Part shown: positions 44,871-55,026 of the stretch, piece by piece
Numbering within the stretch: position 1 is the first letter of the stretch
How the letters are laid out: every line of letters starts with the position of its first letter
Program-made: the position numbers and the translations under genes
DNA from: Natronoarchaeum mannanilyticum
GTDB taxonomy: Archaea > Halobacteriota > Halobacteria > Halobacteriales > Natronoarchaeaceae
Assembly: GCF_039522665.1 (NCBI RefSeq)
Contig: NZ_BAAADV010000001.1
Coordinates: 1,437,792 to 1,501,791, forward strand
DNA length: 64,000 nucleotides
Reading direction: 5' to 3'
The notes under the pieces: generated by a model
What the model saw: the letters and a program-made list of their open reading frames with translations, nothing else
What the model was told of the DNA's origin: nothing
Databases searched by the model: none

Positions 44871-45980
44871 TCAGTCCTCCAGGAAGGTCTCGTCGCCGTG
44901 CGTTTCGCGGAGCCGTCGGAAGTACTCCAGTTGCTGTTCGAGTCGCTTCGGCATATCCTGATACACGTGGCGGAACATCGCCTCGGGGTCGGGGCGCTCG
45001 GCCGATTCGGCCGTGTCGATGGCGTCGGCGACGCGCTCTTCGATCCCGTCTTCGATCGCGGCGACGCGCTCGTCGTCGAGCCGCCCCGTCGAGCGCAGGA
45101 ACGTCTCTAGGCGCGGGATCGGGTCTTTCTGCTTCCAGCGCTCGACCTCCGCTTCCTCGCGGTAGACGCTAGGGTCGTCGGCGGTGGTGTGGGCGCCGAA
45201 TCGGTACTGCACCGCCTCGATCAGCGTCGGGCGCAGCTCGCCGTCGTCGGGGTCCTTGGCTTTCTCGATCGCCTCGCGGGTCACCTTGTACACCGCCAGC
45301 GGGTCCATCCCGTCGACCTGTACGCCCTCGAACCCGTACGCCTCGGCCTTCTGGGCCAGCGTTGCGCTGGCGGTCTGGCGCCCGCGGGGCACCGAGATCG
45401 CCCACTGGTTGTTGTTACAGAAGAAGATCGCCGGCACGTCGAACACGCCGGCGAAGTTCAACCCCTCGTGGAAGTCGCCCTCGCTGGTCGCGCCGTCGCC
45501 GAAGTAACAGAGGAAGGCGCGATTTTCCCCTTTGAGCTTCGAGGCCCAGGCCGCCCCGGTCGCGTGGGGGATCTGGGTGGCGATGGGGACGGCGGGCGTG
45601 AACATATTGACGTCCTCGGGCACTCTGGTTCCCTCCTCGCTGCCCATCCAGTACAGCAGTGTCCGCTCTAGAGGCATCCCCCGGATCATCACCGCGGCGT
45701 GCTCGCGGTAGCTCGGGAAGATCCAGTCCTCCTCGGCCAGCGCGCGGGCGCTGCCGACCTGCGAGCCCTCCTGGCCGGACATCGGGGGATACGTCCCCAT
45801 CCGGCCCTGCCGCTGGAGGCTCACCGCCCGCTCGTCGAACCGCCGCGCCAGGCGCATGTCCCGGTACATCTCGATCATCGCCTCGTCGTCGAGATCGGGA
45901 ACCTCGGCGCCCTCGCGCACCCGACCCGCGTCGTCGAGCACCTGTACTCGCTCGTCGGGGTCGCGCTGTATCGTACTCAT
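44871..45980 (-). CDS. pdhA: 2-oxoacid (pyruvate) dehydrogenase E1 alpha subunit (TPP-binding).
   Basis: TPP motif [17 protein letters not shown]…NN and E1 alpha fold. Lies 3 bp upstream of pdhB. Confidence 0.92.
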   Translation of the reverse strand: MSTIQRDPDERVQVLDDAGRVREGAEVPDLDDEAMIEMYRDMRLARRFDERAVSLQRQGRMGTYPPMSGQEGSQVGSARALAEEDWIFPSYREHAAVMIRGMPLERTLLYWMGSEEGTRVPEDVNMFTPAVPIATQIPHATGAAWASKLKGENRAFLCYFGDGATSEGDFHEGLNFAGVFDVPAIFFCNNNQWAISVPRGRQTASATLAQKAEAYGFEGVQVDGMDPLAVYKVTREAIEKAKDPDDGELRPTLIEAVQYRFGAHTTADDPSVYREEAEVERWKQKDPIPRLETFLRSTGRLDDERVAAIEDGIEERVADAIDTAESAERPDPEAMFRHVYQDMPKRLEQQLEYFRRLRETHGDETFLED

Positions 45981-46231
45981 GGAAGAATCCTCCGGCGCAT
46001 AGTATCATGATCGTTCGCTCGGGTTATAGGATTTTCGTACATAGTTTACTAACGACTCAATACTTGCCACCGAGTCGCAAACTCGTCCAGTTTAGAGGAA
46101 GGTATCGAAACGAACAGCGCATTCGACACCGATTAACTGACTGGGGAGTCACCGAAGCAGCGGCTGGCGTCACCCTTCTGGACGAACGGCCAGTTTCCGG
46201 AAGTCGCGATAGTCTCTCAGCCGCTCCGCGC

Positions 46232-47179
46232 TCAGTCGCCCGCCCGCGCTTCGGCCCTGGCGTCCTCGACGCTCTTGCCCTCTCGGAGGACGGCGTCGAC
46301 GAACAGCTCCCCCGCCTTGTACGACGATCGCACCATCGGACCCGACGCGCAGTACAGGAAGTCGAGTTCCTCCTCGGCGACGCGGCGCCACGTCTCGTAC
46401 GTGTCGGGGTGGACGTACGATTCGACGGGGAGGTGCTCGCGCGAGGGCCGGAGATACTGGCCCAGCGTCACGACGTCGACCTCGGCTTCGCGAAGGTCCG
46501 CGAGCGTCCGGTAGACCTCGTGGTCGTACTCGCCGTGGCCCAGCATGATCGAGGTCTTCGTGTAGACGTCGGACTCGCGACCGGCCTGTTCGAGCACCGA
46601 GAGGCTCTGCTCGTAGCCCGCTCGCGGGTCCCTGACTTTCCCCTGGAGGCGCTCGACCGTCTCGACGTTGTGGGCGATCACGTCCGGGCCGGCGTCGATG
46701 ATCTTCCGGACGAGTTCGGGCTCGCCCTGGAAGTCGGGGATCAGCACCTCGACCAGGATGCCGGGGTGGCGCCGTTTGATCTCCCGGATCGTCTCGGCGA
46801 AGTGGGCGGCGCCCTGGTCGGGCAGATCGTCCCGGTCCACGGAGGTCAGAACGACGTAGTCCAGCCCGATCTCGGCGACGGCGCTGGCGACGTTTTCCGG
46901 TTCGTCGGGATCGAGCGGCTCGCCGCCGCCGGTCTCGACGTCGCAGAAGCCACACGAGCGCGTGCACTTGTGACCCATCAGCATGAACGTCGCCGTCCCG
47001 CCGGCGTCGCCCTCTCCCGGTCCCCCGCGCCCGCTCCAGCACTCCCCCAGATTCGGGCAGTTTGCCTCCTCGCAGACGGTGTTGAGGTCGTGCTCGCGAA
47101 GCGTCCGCTTGATATCGGTGAACTCGTTTCCGGAGGGCGGCTGGACCGCCAGCCAGTCGGGCTTCCGCGAGCGGCTCAT
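46232..47179 (-). CDS. lipA: Lipoyl synthase.
   Basis: Radical-SAM CxxxCxxC (CTRSCGFC) plus an N-terminal auxiliary cluster ([12 protein letters not shown]). Confidence 0.93.
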   Translation of the reverse strand: MSRSRKPDWLAVQPPSGNEFTDIKRTLREHDLNTVCEEANCPNLGECWSGRGGPGEGDAGGTATFMLMGHKCTRSCGFCDVETGGGEPLDPDEPENVASAVAEIGLDYVVLTSVDRDDLPDQGAAHFAETIREIKRRHPGILVEVLIPDFQGEPELVRKIIDAGPDVIAHNVETVERLQGKVRDPRAGYEQSLSVLEQAGRESDVYTKTSIMLGHGEYDHEVYRTLADLREAEVDVVTLGQYLRPSREHLPVESYVHPDTYETWRRVAEEELDFLYCASGPMVRSSYKAGELFVDAVLREGKSVEDARAEARAGD

Positions 47180-47258
47180 GGTATTCGTTCGGGGCTACCC
47201 GGACAAAAGGATGCAGGATCGGTCCGGCGTCGCAGCGGGTCGGGGCGAACGGATACCG

Positions 47259-47585
47259 CTACTCGGCGTCGGTGAGAGCGCGGGCGGCCTCGAGGGGCTC
47301 GGCGCCGTCGGCGATCGACTCCACCACGGGATCGCTCTCGTAGCGGACGGTGTTGAGCTCGTGGTCGTACTCGAGCAGTCCGGCGTCGTCGAGCTTCGGG
47401 AGGTGAACGTGGTGAAGTTCGACTCTCACCGTTTGCGGGTCCGCCCCGTCGTGGTCGCGCGACGCGACGCGCTCGCTCACCTCCTCCAGCGGCAGGAACT
47501 CCCGCTCGGCCGCGGCGACCACTTCGCAGACGTTCCGTCGCCGTCCGTGGGCCAGTGCGTCGAGAATATCGTGGGCGGGAATCAT
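47259..47585 (-). CDS. Small conserved hypothetical protein (108 aa), possibly winged-helix.
   Basis: Start at MIPAHD (47585). The N-terminal extension of the track ORF is Arg-rich junk. Confidence 0.45.
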   Translation of the reverse strand: MIPAHDILDALAHGRRRNVCEVVAAAEREFLPLEEVSERVASRDHDGADPQTVRVELHHVHLPKLDDAGLLEYDHELNTVRYESDPVVESIADGAEPLEAARALTDAE

Positions 47586-47700
47586 TGGTGAACTCGGGGT
47601 CCGGGTCGACGTGGTACAGTACTGTTCGACACAGCTCCGGATAACCGTTGACCATGGACTGTCATGCAAGCCGCGACGATCCCGACGCCTCGCCCCGATC

Positions 47701-48366
47701 TCAGTCGGCCGCCGCGGCGTCGGCACGCGCGAAGATCGTGTTCGCCGCGAGCGTCGAGATCCCCCGCCGCAGGCGCTCGGTCAGCGCCTGATCGGAGATG
47801 CCGAGCTCTGCGGCCACCTCTACCGTGTTGCAGCGTCGCGGCACGTCGTAGTACCCCATTTCGACGGCCAGCGTCAGCGCCTCGTGCTGGTGATCGGTCA
47901 GCCCGAACCGCGGCCCGGCGTCGGGCTGTCCGGGATGGTACACCCGCTCGACCGACAGGGACACGTCGGCGTCCGTACAGTAAGCTCGGAACGCCGACAG
48001 AGCGTCGTGGTCCGGAAATCGGAGCTCGAAGCGCCACTCGTCGCCGCCGCCGGTGGCTCGGAGGATCTGGCCGCACTGGTCTCTGACTGCCGAGAGAAAC
48101 GGATCGTCTTCGACGTTCCAGTCCAGCCCGTACAGCGTCTGGTCGTCGAACTCCTCGACGATCTCGACGCCCTCGACGACGGGCCGACTCTCGAGCCGAA
48201 CCGCGAACGCCTCGGTGTCGACGCCGTGCACCCAGAAGAACGGCACCGCGCGGTCGGCGACGGGCACCAGCGTTTCGAGCTCGACGCTGACGTAACCTGA
48301 TACATCTAGAATGCGTCCTAACTCGAAGTCAGCAGCAGGAATACGAAGTTCTGCGATGACGCTCAT
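47701..48366 (-). CDS. Bat-type (HTH_10) transcriptional regulator with an N-terminal sensor-like domain.
   Basis: C-terminal HTH_10 signature (GLTDHQHEALTLAVEMGYYDVPRRCNTVEVAAELGISDQALTERLRRG). Confidence 0.8.
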   Translation of the reverse strand: MSVIAELRIPAADFELGRILDVSGYVSVELETLVPVADRAVPFFWVHGVDTEAFAVRLESRPVVEGVEIVEEFDDQTLYGLDWNVEDDPFLSAVRDQCGQILRATGGGDEWRFELRFPDHDALSAFRAYCTDADVSLSVERVYHPGQPDAGPRFGLTDHQHEALTLAVEMGYYDVPRRCNTVEVAAELGISDQALTERLRRGISTLAANTIFARADAAAAD

Positions 48367-48527
48367 ATATGGCGTTTTATACTAGTGTCTGATAGGACGT
48401 TTATCTGAACGGCTTGGCATATCAGGGGGAATAAACCCGCCGGCGATTGGTGGCGACGATGGTGAGATCTACACGCAAGCTAGAGCGCGGCGATACGACC
48501 GCTTCGCGACGCCGAAGAAAAAACCGA

Positions 48528-49085
48528 TCAGCCGAGGACGTACCGCAGCGCGGGGTAGCGCTCGATCAGCGCCTCGCCGCCGACGTCGATCCGTTCGATG
48601 TAGCGGTCCAGCCCGAGGATCCGCCCCGCGCCGAACGCCGCGACGGCCAGGAACACGACGCCGTAGATCAGCGTCGAGTCGAACAGAGCGAGCCAGTCGC
48701 CGGTCCAGCCGCCGAGGTAGAACAGCGCCATCTGCATGGCGCCGCCCAGCGCGGCCAGTCGGACGAAGGCGCCGGCGATCAGCGCGACGCCGATGAGCAG
48801 TTGGGTGACCGGGACGACCACGTTGACGACCTCCATCAGCGCGGCGTTGCCGGCCATCGCGGCGAAGAGCCCGCTCGCGGGGCTGGCGGGGTCGACGCCG
48901 TGCGCGAGGTAGCCGGCGGCGTCGAACGGCCACTCGGCGACTTTGCCGAGCCCGGCGAAGAGGATCATCCCGCCGATGACGACTCGCAGGGCGACGACGA
49001 ACCACGCCGACAGGGCGTGGGGCCGTCCTTCGAGGTTGATTCCGGCGTAGCGGCTTTCGAGTCTGTTTTGAGTTTTGGTGGACAT
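48528..49085 (-). CDS. DoxX family membrane protein.
   Basis: Four TM helices with DoxX-like topology and conserved pattern (…ALRVVIGGMILFAGLGKV…). Confidence 0.7.
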   Translation of the reverse strand: MSTKTQNRLESRYAGINLEGRPHALSAWFVVALRVVIGGMILFAGLGKVAEWPFDAAGYLAHGVDPASPASGLFAAMAGNAALMEVVNVVVPVTQLLIGVALIAGAFVRLAALGGAMQMALFYLGGWTGDWLALFDSTLIYGVVFLAVAAFGAGRILGLDRYIERIDVGGEALIERYPALRYVLG

Positions 49086-49279
49086 TAGTTTTCTCCTCTT
49101 ACAGATATCACTACGCCCGTTCGCATATTAACTGGAGAAGGTGGTTTCCAAAACCCGAGAACCGTGGTAGTGTGACGCACGTCGATTCGCGAATCGGCCG
49201 CGAGGCCCGTCGTCGGCGTCGCCGCCCGCTTCCGGTCCAAAGGAAACGCATATGGCCCCCGACCCCACGCCTAGGGACG

Positions 49280-51652
49280 ATGGAGGTCGCCGAGGTTCTC
49301 CCCGACTTCGCGGACGCTTTCGCCTTCGAGGAGTTCAACGAGATGCAGCGCGAGGCGTACCGCCCGATCCTCGAGTCCGACGAGAACGTCGTCGCCAGCG
49401 CGCCGACCGGCAGCGGCAAGACCGCCCTCGCCGAGCTGGCGATCTGCAAAGCCCTCGAAGAGGGCGGGACGGCGCTGTTCATCGCGCCGCTCCGGGCCCT
49501 GACCAACGAGAAGGAGTCGGACTGGGAGCGCTTCGAGGCGCTCGATTTCTCGGTGTACGTCGTCACCGGCGAGCGGGACCTGAACCCGCGGCGCGCCGAG
49601 CGCGCCGACATCCTCGTGATGACGCCCGAGAAGGCCGACTCGGCGACCCGCAAACACGACACGCGCAGGTACTCCTTTATCACGGACGTCGACGTCTGCG
49701 TGATCGACGAGGTCCACCTGCTGGACTCCGAGAAGCGCGGCAGCGTGCTGGAGGTGACGATCTCGCGGCTCCGTCGGCTCTGCGATCCCCGGATCGTCGC
49801 GCTCTCCGCGACGATGCCCAACGTCGACGACGTGGCGGCGTGGCTCGACGCCCCCGACGAAACGACGTTCCAGTTCGGCGACGAGTACCGTCCCGTGGAC
49901 CTGCACGCCGACGTGCGCACGTACACCCACGGCGAGAACTCCTTCGCCGACAAGTACCGACGCCTCTACCGGGCGCTGGATCTCGCGGAGCCCCACATCG
50001 AGGAGGACGGCCAGGCGCTGGTGTTCGTCTCCTCGCGTCAGGACACCGTCCAGGCCGCAAAGAAGGCTCGCGACGAGATCGCCGAACGCGACCTGTCGAT
50101 GGGCGCTCGCGGCGACTACGATTTTCACACCGAGACGCAGAAGCTGGAAAACGACACCCTCCGGCAGTCGGCGCTCGACGGCGTCGCCTTCCACCACGCC
50201 GGGCTCTCGAAGAACGACAAGGATCTGATCGAGGAGTGGTTCAAGCAGGGCCACATCCAGCTGCTGTTCTCGACGTCGACGCTCGCGTGGGGCGTCAACC
50301 TCCCCGCGCGCTGCGTCGTTATTCGGGACACGAAGTACCACGACCCCCTGGAGGGCGAGGTCGACATGAGCCCGCTGGACGTGCTCCAGATGCTCGGACG
50401 CGCGGGCCGGCCGGGCTACGACGACGTGGGGTACGGCTGGATCGTCTGCGACCGCTCGGACGCCGACAAGTACCGCAAACTGCTCCGGGACGGCAAGGAG
50501 ATCGAGTCCCGCCTCGCGGAGGACCTGGAGGCCCACCTCAACGCCGAGATCGCGATGGGGACGATCGACGACGTCGACGACGTGGTCGAGTGGGTCGAGA
50601 CGACCTTCTACTACCGGCGCGCCCAGACCGTCCCCGAGCAGTACGGCTTCGGCGACGTGGACGCCGACGGCGAGAAGTTCGAGGAGGCGCTCCGCGAGCA
50701 GGTCAGCGACGCGCTCGCGGGGCTGGAGGAACGGGGCTTCGTCGAGACCCAGGGACTGCGCGTCGACTCGACGGCGCTGGGGACGCTGGCCTCGAAGTAC
50801 TACCTCCGGCTCGACACCGCAAAGCGGTTCCACGAGGTGGCGACCGGCGGCGAGATCGACGTCGACGCCGTGCTCGAAGCGGTCGCGACGGCCAGCGAGT
50901 TCGACTCGGTCAACGCCCGCTCGGCCGAGCGCGACGCCATCTCCGCGGTGCTCTCTGGCAAGACGGTCGGCGACGTCGACGCCGGCCAGCGCAAGGTGCT
51001 CGCGATCTTGCACTCCTCGATGACCGGCTCGACGCCCGCCGATCTCTCCAGCGACGCGTGGGTGATCCGCCAGAACGCGGTGCGGCTGCTGTCGTCGTTG
51101 CAGGCCTTCTTCGGGCGGTTTGCGGATCCCCGAGCTGCCAACCTCGCGCGGCGCGTCGAGGCGCGCCTGGAGAACGGCGTCAGCTCGGACGCGGTGGGGC
51201 TGACGGCGGTCGACGGCATCGGCTCGGGGCGCGCGAGCAAGCTGGCCTCGGAGGGCATGACGACGCCCGCCGACGTCCAGTCGGCCGGCGTCGACGGTCT
51301 GGTGGCCGCGGGGCTCTCCGAGGGCGTCGCCGAGCGCGTCGTCGAGTCCGCCGGCGAGTTGCCGGTAGTGGGGATCGAGTGGGGGTCGTTCCCGGATTCG
51401 ATCGCGCAGGGCGACAACGAAATGTGCGAAGTGACGGTGACGAACTCGGGCGGCGGCGCGCAGGCCGGCGTGCGCGTGACGGTCAACGGCGTCGAAATGA
51501 CCGCGACGGAGGCGTATCTCTCGCAGCCCGTGGAGGTGCCGGTGGGGGTGTTCGGCGGGTCGGAAAGCCCGATGGAGTTCACCGTCGAGGTGTGTTTCCC
51601 CGAACTTCCCTTACTGCCCGTTCGGGACTCCCGGACCGTTCGGGTGGAGTGA
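49280..51652 (+). CDS. Ski2-like superfamily-2 helicase with a Sec63-like C-terminal region (Hel308/Brr2-related).
   Basis: Helicase motifs I (APTGSGKT), II (DEVH), III (SAT), VI (QMLGRAGR). A winged-helix/Sec63-like segment follows, then a unique ~100-aa C-terminal beta-rich tail. Confidence 0.85.
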   Translation: MEVAEVLPDFADAFAFEEFNEMQREAYRPILESDENVVASAPTGSGKTALAELAICKALEEGGTALFIAPLRALTNEKESDWERFEALDFSVYVVTGERDLNPRRAERADILVMTPEKADSATRKHDTRRYSFITDVDVCVIDEVHLLDSEKRGSVLEVTISRLRRLCDPRIVALSATMPNVDDVAAWLDAPDETTFQFGDEYRPVDLHADVRTYTHGENSFADKYRRLYRALDLAEPHIEEDGQALVFVSSRQDTVQAAKKARDEIAERDLSMGARGDYDFHTETQKLENDTLRQSALDGVAFHHAGLSKNDKDLIEEWFKQGHIQLLFSTSTLAWGVNLPARCVVIRDTKYHDPLEGEVDMSPLDVLQMLGRAGRPGYDDVGYGWIVCDRSDADKYRKLLRDGKEIESRLAEDLEAHLNAEIAMGTIDDVDDVVEWVETTFYYRRAQTVPEQYGFGDVDADGEKFEEALREQVSDALAGLEERGFVETQGLRVDSTALGTLASKYYLRLDTAKRFHEVATGGEIDVDAVLEAVATASEFDSVNARSAERDAISAVLSGKTVGDVDAGQRKVLAILHSSMTGSTPADLSSDAWVIRQNAVRLLSSLQAFFGRFADPRAANLARRVEARLENGVSSDAVGLTAVDGIGSGRASKLASEGMTTPADVQSAGVDGLVAAGLSEGVAERVVESAGELPVVGIEWGSFPDSIAQGDNEMCEVTVTNSGGGAQAGVRVTVNGVEMTATEAYLSQPVEVPVGVFGGSESPMEFTVEVCFPELPLLPVRDSRTVRVE

Positions 51653-52309
51653 TCAGCTCGTCAGTTCCAGCAACAGGCCGCGCAGTTCTTCGGGTCCCTC
51701 GGCGACGTGATCCGCCTTCGAGAGATCCATCCCCTGGTTGATCTCGGTTCGGTAGCCGACGCTGGTCATCCCTGCCCTATTGGCCGCCTCGACGCCGTTC
51801 TCGGAATCTTCGACGGCGACGCAGTCGGCGGGGTCGACGCCGACCTCGGCGGCGGCGATCTCGTACACCTCCGGTTCGGGCTTGCTCGGCCCCTCGATCT
51901 CGTCGCCGCTGACCAGCGCGTCGAAGTGCTCGCCGATCTCGAAGCGGTCGACGACGATGCCGATCCAGTCCAGCGGCGAGGATGAGACGACCGCCGTGCG
52001 GACGCCGCGGTCGCGCAGGTCGTCGGCAAGTTTCTCGAATCCCTCGATCAACTCGACGCGCTCGCTGTAGAGATCATCGGCGGCGTCCTCGTAGTAGGTC
52101 TCGAACTGCTCGCGGCCGATGTCGAGGTGCTCGCCGTAGTGGTCGTCGAGGTAGCCGTGGATCTCCCGGTAGTTCATGCCCGTGATCTCCTCGTCGTCGA
52201 CGACGCCCTCGCCGACGGCCTCGGGGAGGACCTCCTCCTCTTCGAGCGCGACCCAGTACTCCTCGGAGTCGACGAGGACGCCGTCCATGTCGAACAGGAC
52301 TGCTTTCAT
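51653..52309 (-). CDS. HAD-superfamily hydrolase (beta-phosphoglucomutase-like subfamily IA).
   Basis: Motif I DMDGVLVDS, motif II SSS, and K…D/ED motifs. Start at MKAVLF (52309). Confidence 0.85.
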   Translation of the reverse strand: MKAVLFDMDGVLVDSEEYWVALEEEEVLPEAVGEGVVDDEEITGMNYREIHGYLDDHYGEHLDIGREQFETYYEDAADDLYSERVELIEGFEKLADDLRDRGVRTAVVSSSPLDWIGIVVDRFEIGEHFDALVSGDEIEGPSKPEPEVYEIAAAEVGVDPADCVAVEDSENGVEAANRAGMTSVGYRTEINQGMDLSKADHVAEGPEELRGLLLELTS

Positions 52310-52379
52310 TGCGTGGGCGTAGAGCGGGCGGCGGGTTATAGGGTGGAGTTGCGGCGGTTCGTGCTGGGTTCGGGTTAGG

Positions 52380-52950
52380 AGTTGGAGATTGCACCTGCAC
52401 TTGTGTCGCACTCCCTGGAACTGGGGCGACGACTTCGAACACGCCGAAAGCCCCCGCCGCGCTCGACCGGTTGCGGCTCGCTGCGCGCTTCCTTCGCTCC
52501 CCTCGGTCGCTCCGTCCAGTGCTTACTTCGCCTCACCGGATCGACCGCGGCGGCCCCTTTCATTCCACCCGGACCGCAACCTCGTCCTCCCCAACCGACT
52601 CGTTCGCCTGACGGCTCACTCGCCCCTCGCGCGCTGCTGTCTCGCCATGAAGGCTCGACAGCGCGCGCCATCGCAACCGCACGGCCGGGCGCGGCTTCAT
52701 GGCGCGCCGCCGGAAGAGCGAAGCTCTTCCGAGCCCGCACTCGCTACGCTCGTGCGGACGACGGGGGAGGGCCGGGGCGCGCGTGGTCGGCCGCTAGCCG
52801 ACCCGCGCACTGCGGTTGCGGTGCTGGCCTGGCGGACTGAAAGGGCGAGGCACGCTCCGGGAAGCACGACCCGTCAAGCACCGGAGCGACCGAAGGGAGC
52901 GAGGAGCGCAGGCGGGGCGCGCGACTGGAGCGGGCCGAGGGCTTTCGTGG
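52380..52950. repeat. Copy B (inverted) of the hairpin-dense ~510-bp intergenic repeat.
   Basis: Reverse-complement match to 2247-2757 with scattered substitutions and small indels. Intergenic between the HAD hydrolase and the NucS-N-like gene. Confidence 0.8.
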
Positions 52951-53065
52951 TGTTGTTCGCTGCAGTTGCAATTGATAGATGCGATTTGAAGTCGTTCGAG
53001 ATGTTTCCGTTCCAGGTTGCCCCGCTCTCCACACCTTTAACACCGGAAACGAATCCAGACGCCCC

Positions 53066-53836
53066 ATGTCCCAGACAACGGACGCCCATCCCCGCGATCC
53101 GACCCGCTCGATCCGCGTGCTGGCCGGCGAGTGTACCACCATCTACGACGGCGACCAGCGCGAGGAGCACCGCGGCCACGTCGCGGTCGTCGTCAAACCC
53201 GACAACACCGTGCTGGTCCACGACGCCGACGGCTACCAGCCCGTGGCGTGGCTCACCCGCGCGGACGCCGTCTCCTGCGCGCGTGACGGCGGGTTCTCTC
53301 TCACGGCGCAGTCCGGCGACGAGCACCTGCGCGTCGTCGGCCACACCGAGGACGGCTACGGGAGCTACCCCGCGACCGAGGCCGGCCGTCCCGTCGGCGA
53401 GTGCCCCGACTGCGAGCGCACGCTCGTCCGCGCTGGCGGCGCGGTCAACTGCCTAGGCTGCGGCGAGCGCTACGGGCTGCCCGCCGGCGCGAACGTCCGA
53501 TCGGAAACCTGTGACTGCGGCCTCCCGCGGATGCGCGTCGAGCGCGGCGTCCCGTTCGACCTGTGTCTCGATCGCGAGTGCGAGTCGCTCGACGCCGCCG
53601 TCCGCGAAGAGTTCGACCGCGCGTGGGACTGTCCCGACTGCGGCGACGATCTGCGAATCCTCCGGAGAGGCGGCCTGCTCGCTGGCTGTGACTCCCATCC
53701 CGACTGCGAGGCGAGCTTCGCGATCCCCGCCGGCACGGTTGTCGGCACCTGCCCCTGCGGGCTGCCGCTGTTCGACGCCGGCAGCCGAAACCGCTGTCTC
53801 GACTCGACGTGCGAGCGCGTCGAGCGCGCGGACTGA
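53066..53836 (+). CDS. NucS-N-terminal-like DNA-binding domain fused to four topoisomerase-type C4 Zn ribbons (no nuclease domain).
   Basis: N-terminus IRVLAGECTTIYDGDQREEHRGHVAVVVKPDNTVLVHDADGYQPVAWL resembles the NucS/EndoMS N-terminal domain. This is followed by CPDCE…CLGCG, CDCG…, CPDCG…CDSHPDC and CPCG… ribbons. Confidence 0.5.
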   Translation: MSQTTDAHPRDPTRSIRVLAGECTTIYDGDQREEHRGHVAVVVKPDNTVLVHDADGYQPVAWLTRADAVSCARDGGFSLTAQSGDEHLRVVGHTEDGYGSYPATEAGRPVGECPDCERTLVRAGGAVNCLGCGERYGLPAGANVRSETCDCGLPRMRVERGVPFDLCLDRECESLDAAVREEFDRAWDCPDCGDDLRILRRGGLLAGCDSHPDCEASFAIPAGTVVGTCPCGLPLFDAGSRNRCLDSTCERVERAD

Positions 53837-53909
53837 CGGCGCTACTCCGTCGCACGGACTCGCGCCCCGCGACCGTCACGCATTTGCCGACCCGAGAGCG
53901 AGGGAGAGT

Positions 53910-54947
53910 ATGCACGGCCACCGCCGGGACGGCGTCGTCCGCGTCGCCGAGGACGCCCGCCAGCGCTTCTACGACGCTCGCGGGTACGGCTACCCCCTGG
54001 ACGGCGACGAGATCGCGCTCGCCCCCGTCGAGGCGGCCCACCTCCTGTTCCGGGGCGACCTCGACGCGGTCGACGGCGAGGGGTTCCGGGAGTTCCTCGC
54101 GAGCGCCGACGCCGACGGGTTCGGGCTGCGATTCCTGGTGTACGCCGACCTGCGCGCCAGGGGGTTCTACCTCTCGCCCGCTCGCGACCGATGGACGCCC
54201 GACGCCGTCGACACCGAGCACGTCGACTTCGTCGTCTACCCGCGCGGGAAGGATCGCCACGCCGGCGAGGTCGCCTACCGGATCCGCGTCGTCGGCGAGC
54301 GCGAGCGCCTCCCCGCGAGCTCGCTGGGCGACTGTACGCTCGCGATCGTCGACGAGGAGAGCGAGATCACCTACTTCGAGACGAGCCGTCCCGACCCCTC
54401 GGGATCGACGACCGTCGACCTGCCCGAGGGCGTCCCGACGGCGCTGTTCGACGACCGGGCGATCTGCTGGGAACCGCCGAAACGGCTCCACCAGAGCGGG
54501 TTTTACGGCCAACCCCTCGCGGGGCGCGAACCGGCCGACGAGCAAGGTCTGCAGCTCTCGCTGGTCGAGGCGGCCCAGCTTTCCGCCGCGGGCGCGATCG
54601 ACGTACCCGGCGGCTACGACGCCGTCGTCGAGCGCGGCCGCGCGGTCGAGGGCGAGCGGTTCGACCGCCGGCTCCGGACGTACGCCGTCCTGCGCGAGCG
54701 CGGCGTCGTCCCCAAGACCGGGTTCAAGTTCGGCGCCGACTTCCGGACGTACGCGGACGTCGAGTCGGTCGAGGAGCTGAGCCACTCCGAGCGCCTCGTC
54801 AGAGTGTTGCCGCCGGGCTACGCGTTCGCGCCGCGGGACCTCTCGCTGGACGTGCGCCTGGCCCACGGCGTCCGCAAGGAGATGGTGTTCGCGCTCCCCG
54901 ACGGCGACGAGCTGGCGTGGCTCGGCGTCGAGCGCATCACGCCCTGA
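53910..54947 (+). CDS. endA: tRNA-splicing endonuclease, tandem-repeat (homodimeric) type.
   Basis: Two EndA repeats: a degenerate N-terminal repeat and a catalytic C-terminal repeat with YxR…H…K-like residues (…GFKFGADFRTY…). The 345-aa size is typical of the Euryarchaeota tandem-repeat enzyme. Confidence 0.85.
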   Translation: MHGHRRDGVVRVAEDARQRFYDARGYGYPLDGDEIALAPVEAAHLLFRGDLDAVDGEGFREFLASADADGFGLRFLVYADLRARGFYLSPARDRWTPDAVDTEHVDFVVYPRGKDRHAGEVAYRIRVVGERERLPASSLGDCTLAIVDEESEITYFETSRPDPSGSTTVDLPEGVPTALFDDRAICWEPPKRLHQSGFYGQPLAGREPADEQGLQLSLVEAAQLSAAGAIDVPGGYDAVVERGRAVEGERFDRRLRTYAVLRERGVVPKTGFKFGADFRTYADVESVEELSHSERLVRVLPPGYAFAPRDLSLDVRLAHGVRKEMVFALPDGDELAWLGVERITP

Positions 54948-55026
54948 CGTCGAGAACCGGCCCCGGCCCACCGCAGTGTCCCGCCCGTCTCCCCCGATTT
55001 TGTTCCGGCGGACACGACTAGCGCAC

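Noticed and set aside
49252-51741. 829-aa alternative-frame ORF over the helicase gene and the 580-aa antisense ORF 49271-51013.
   Set aside because: The helicase frame carries all SF2 motifs. The others are Arg/Gly-rich frame artefacts.
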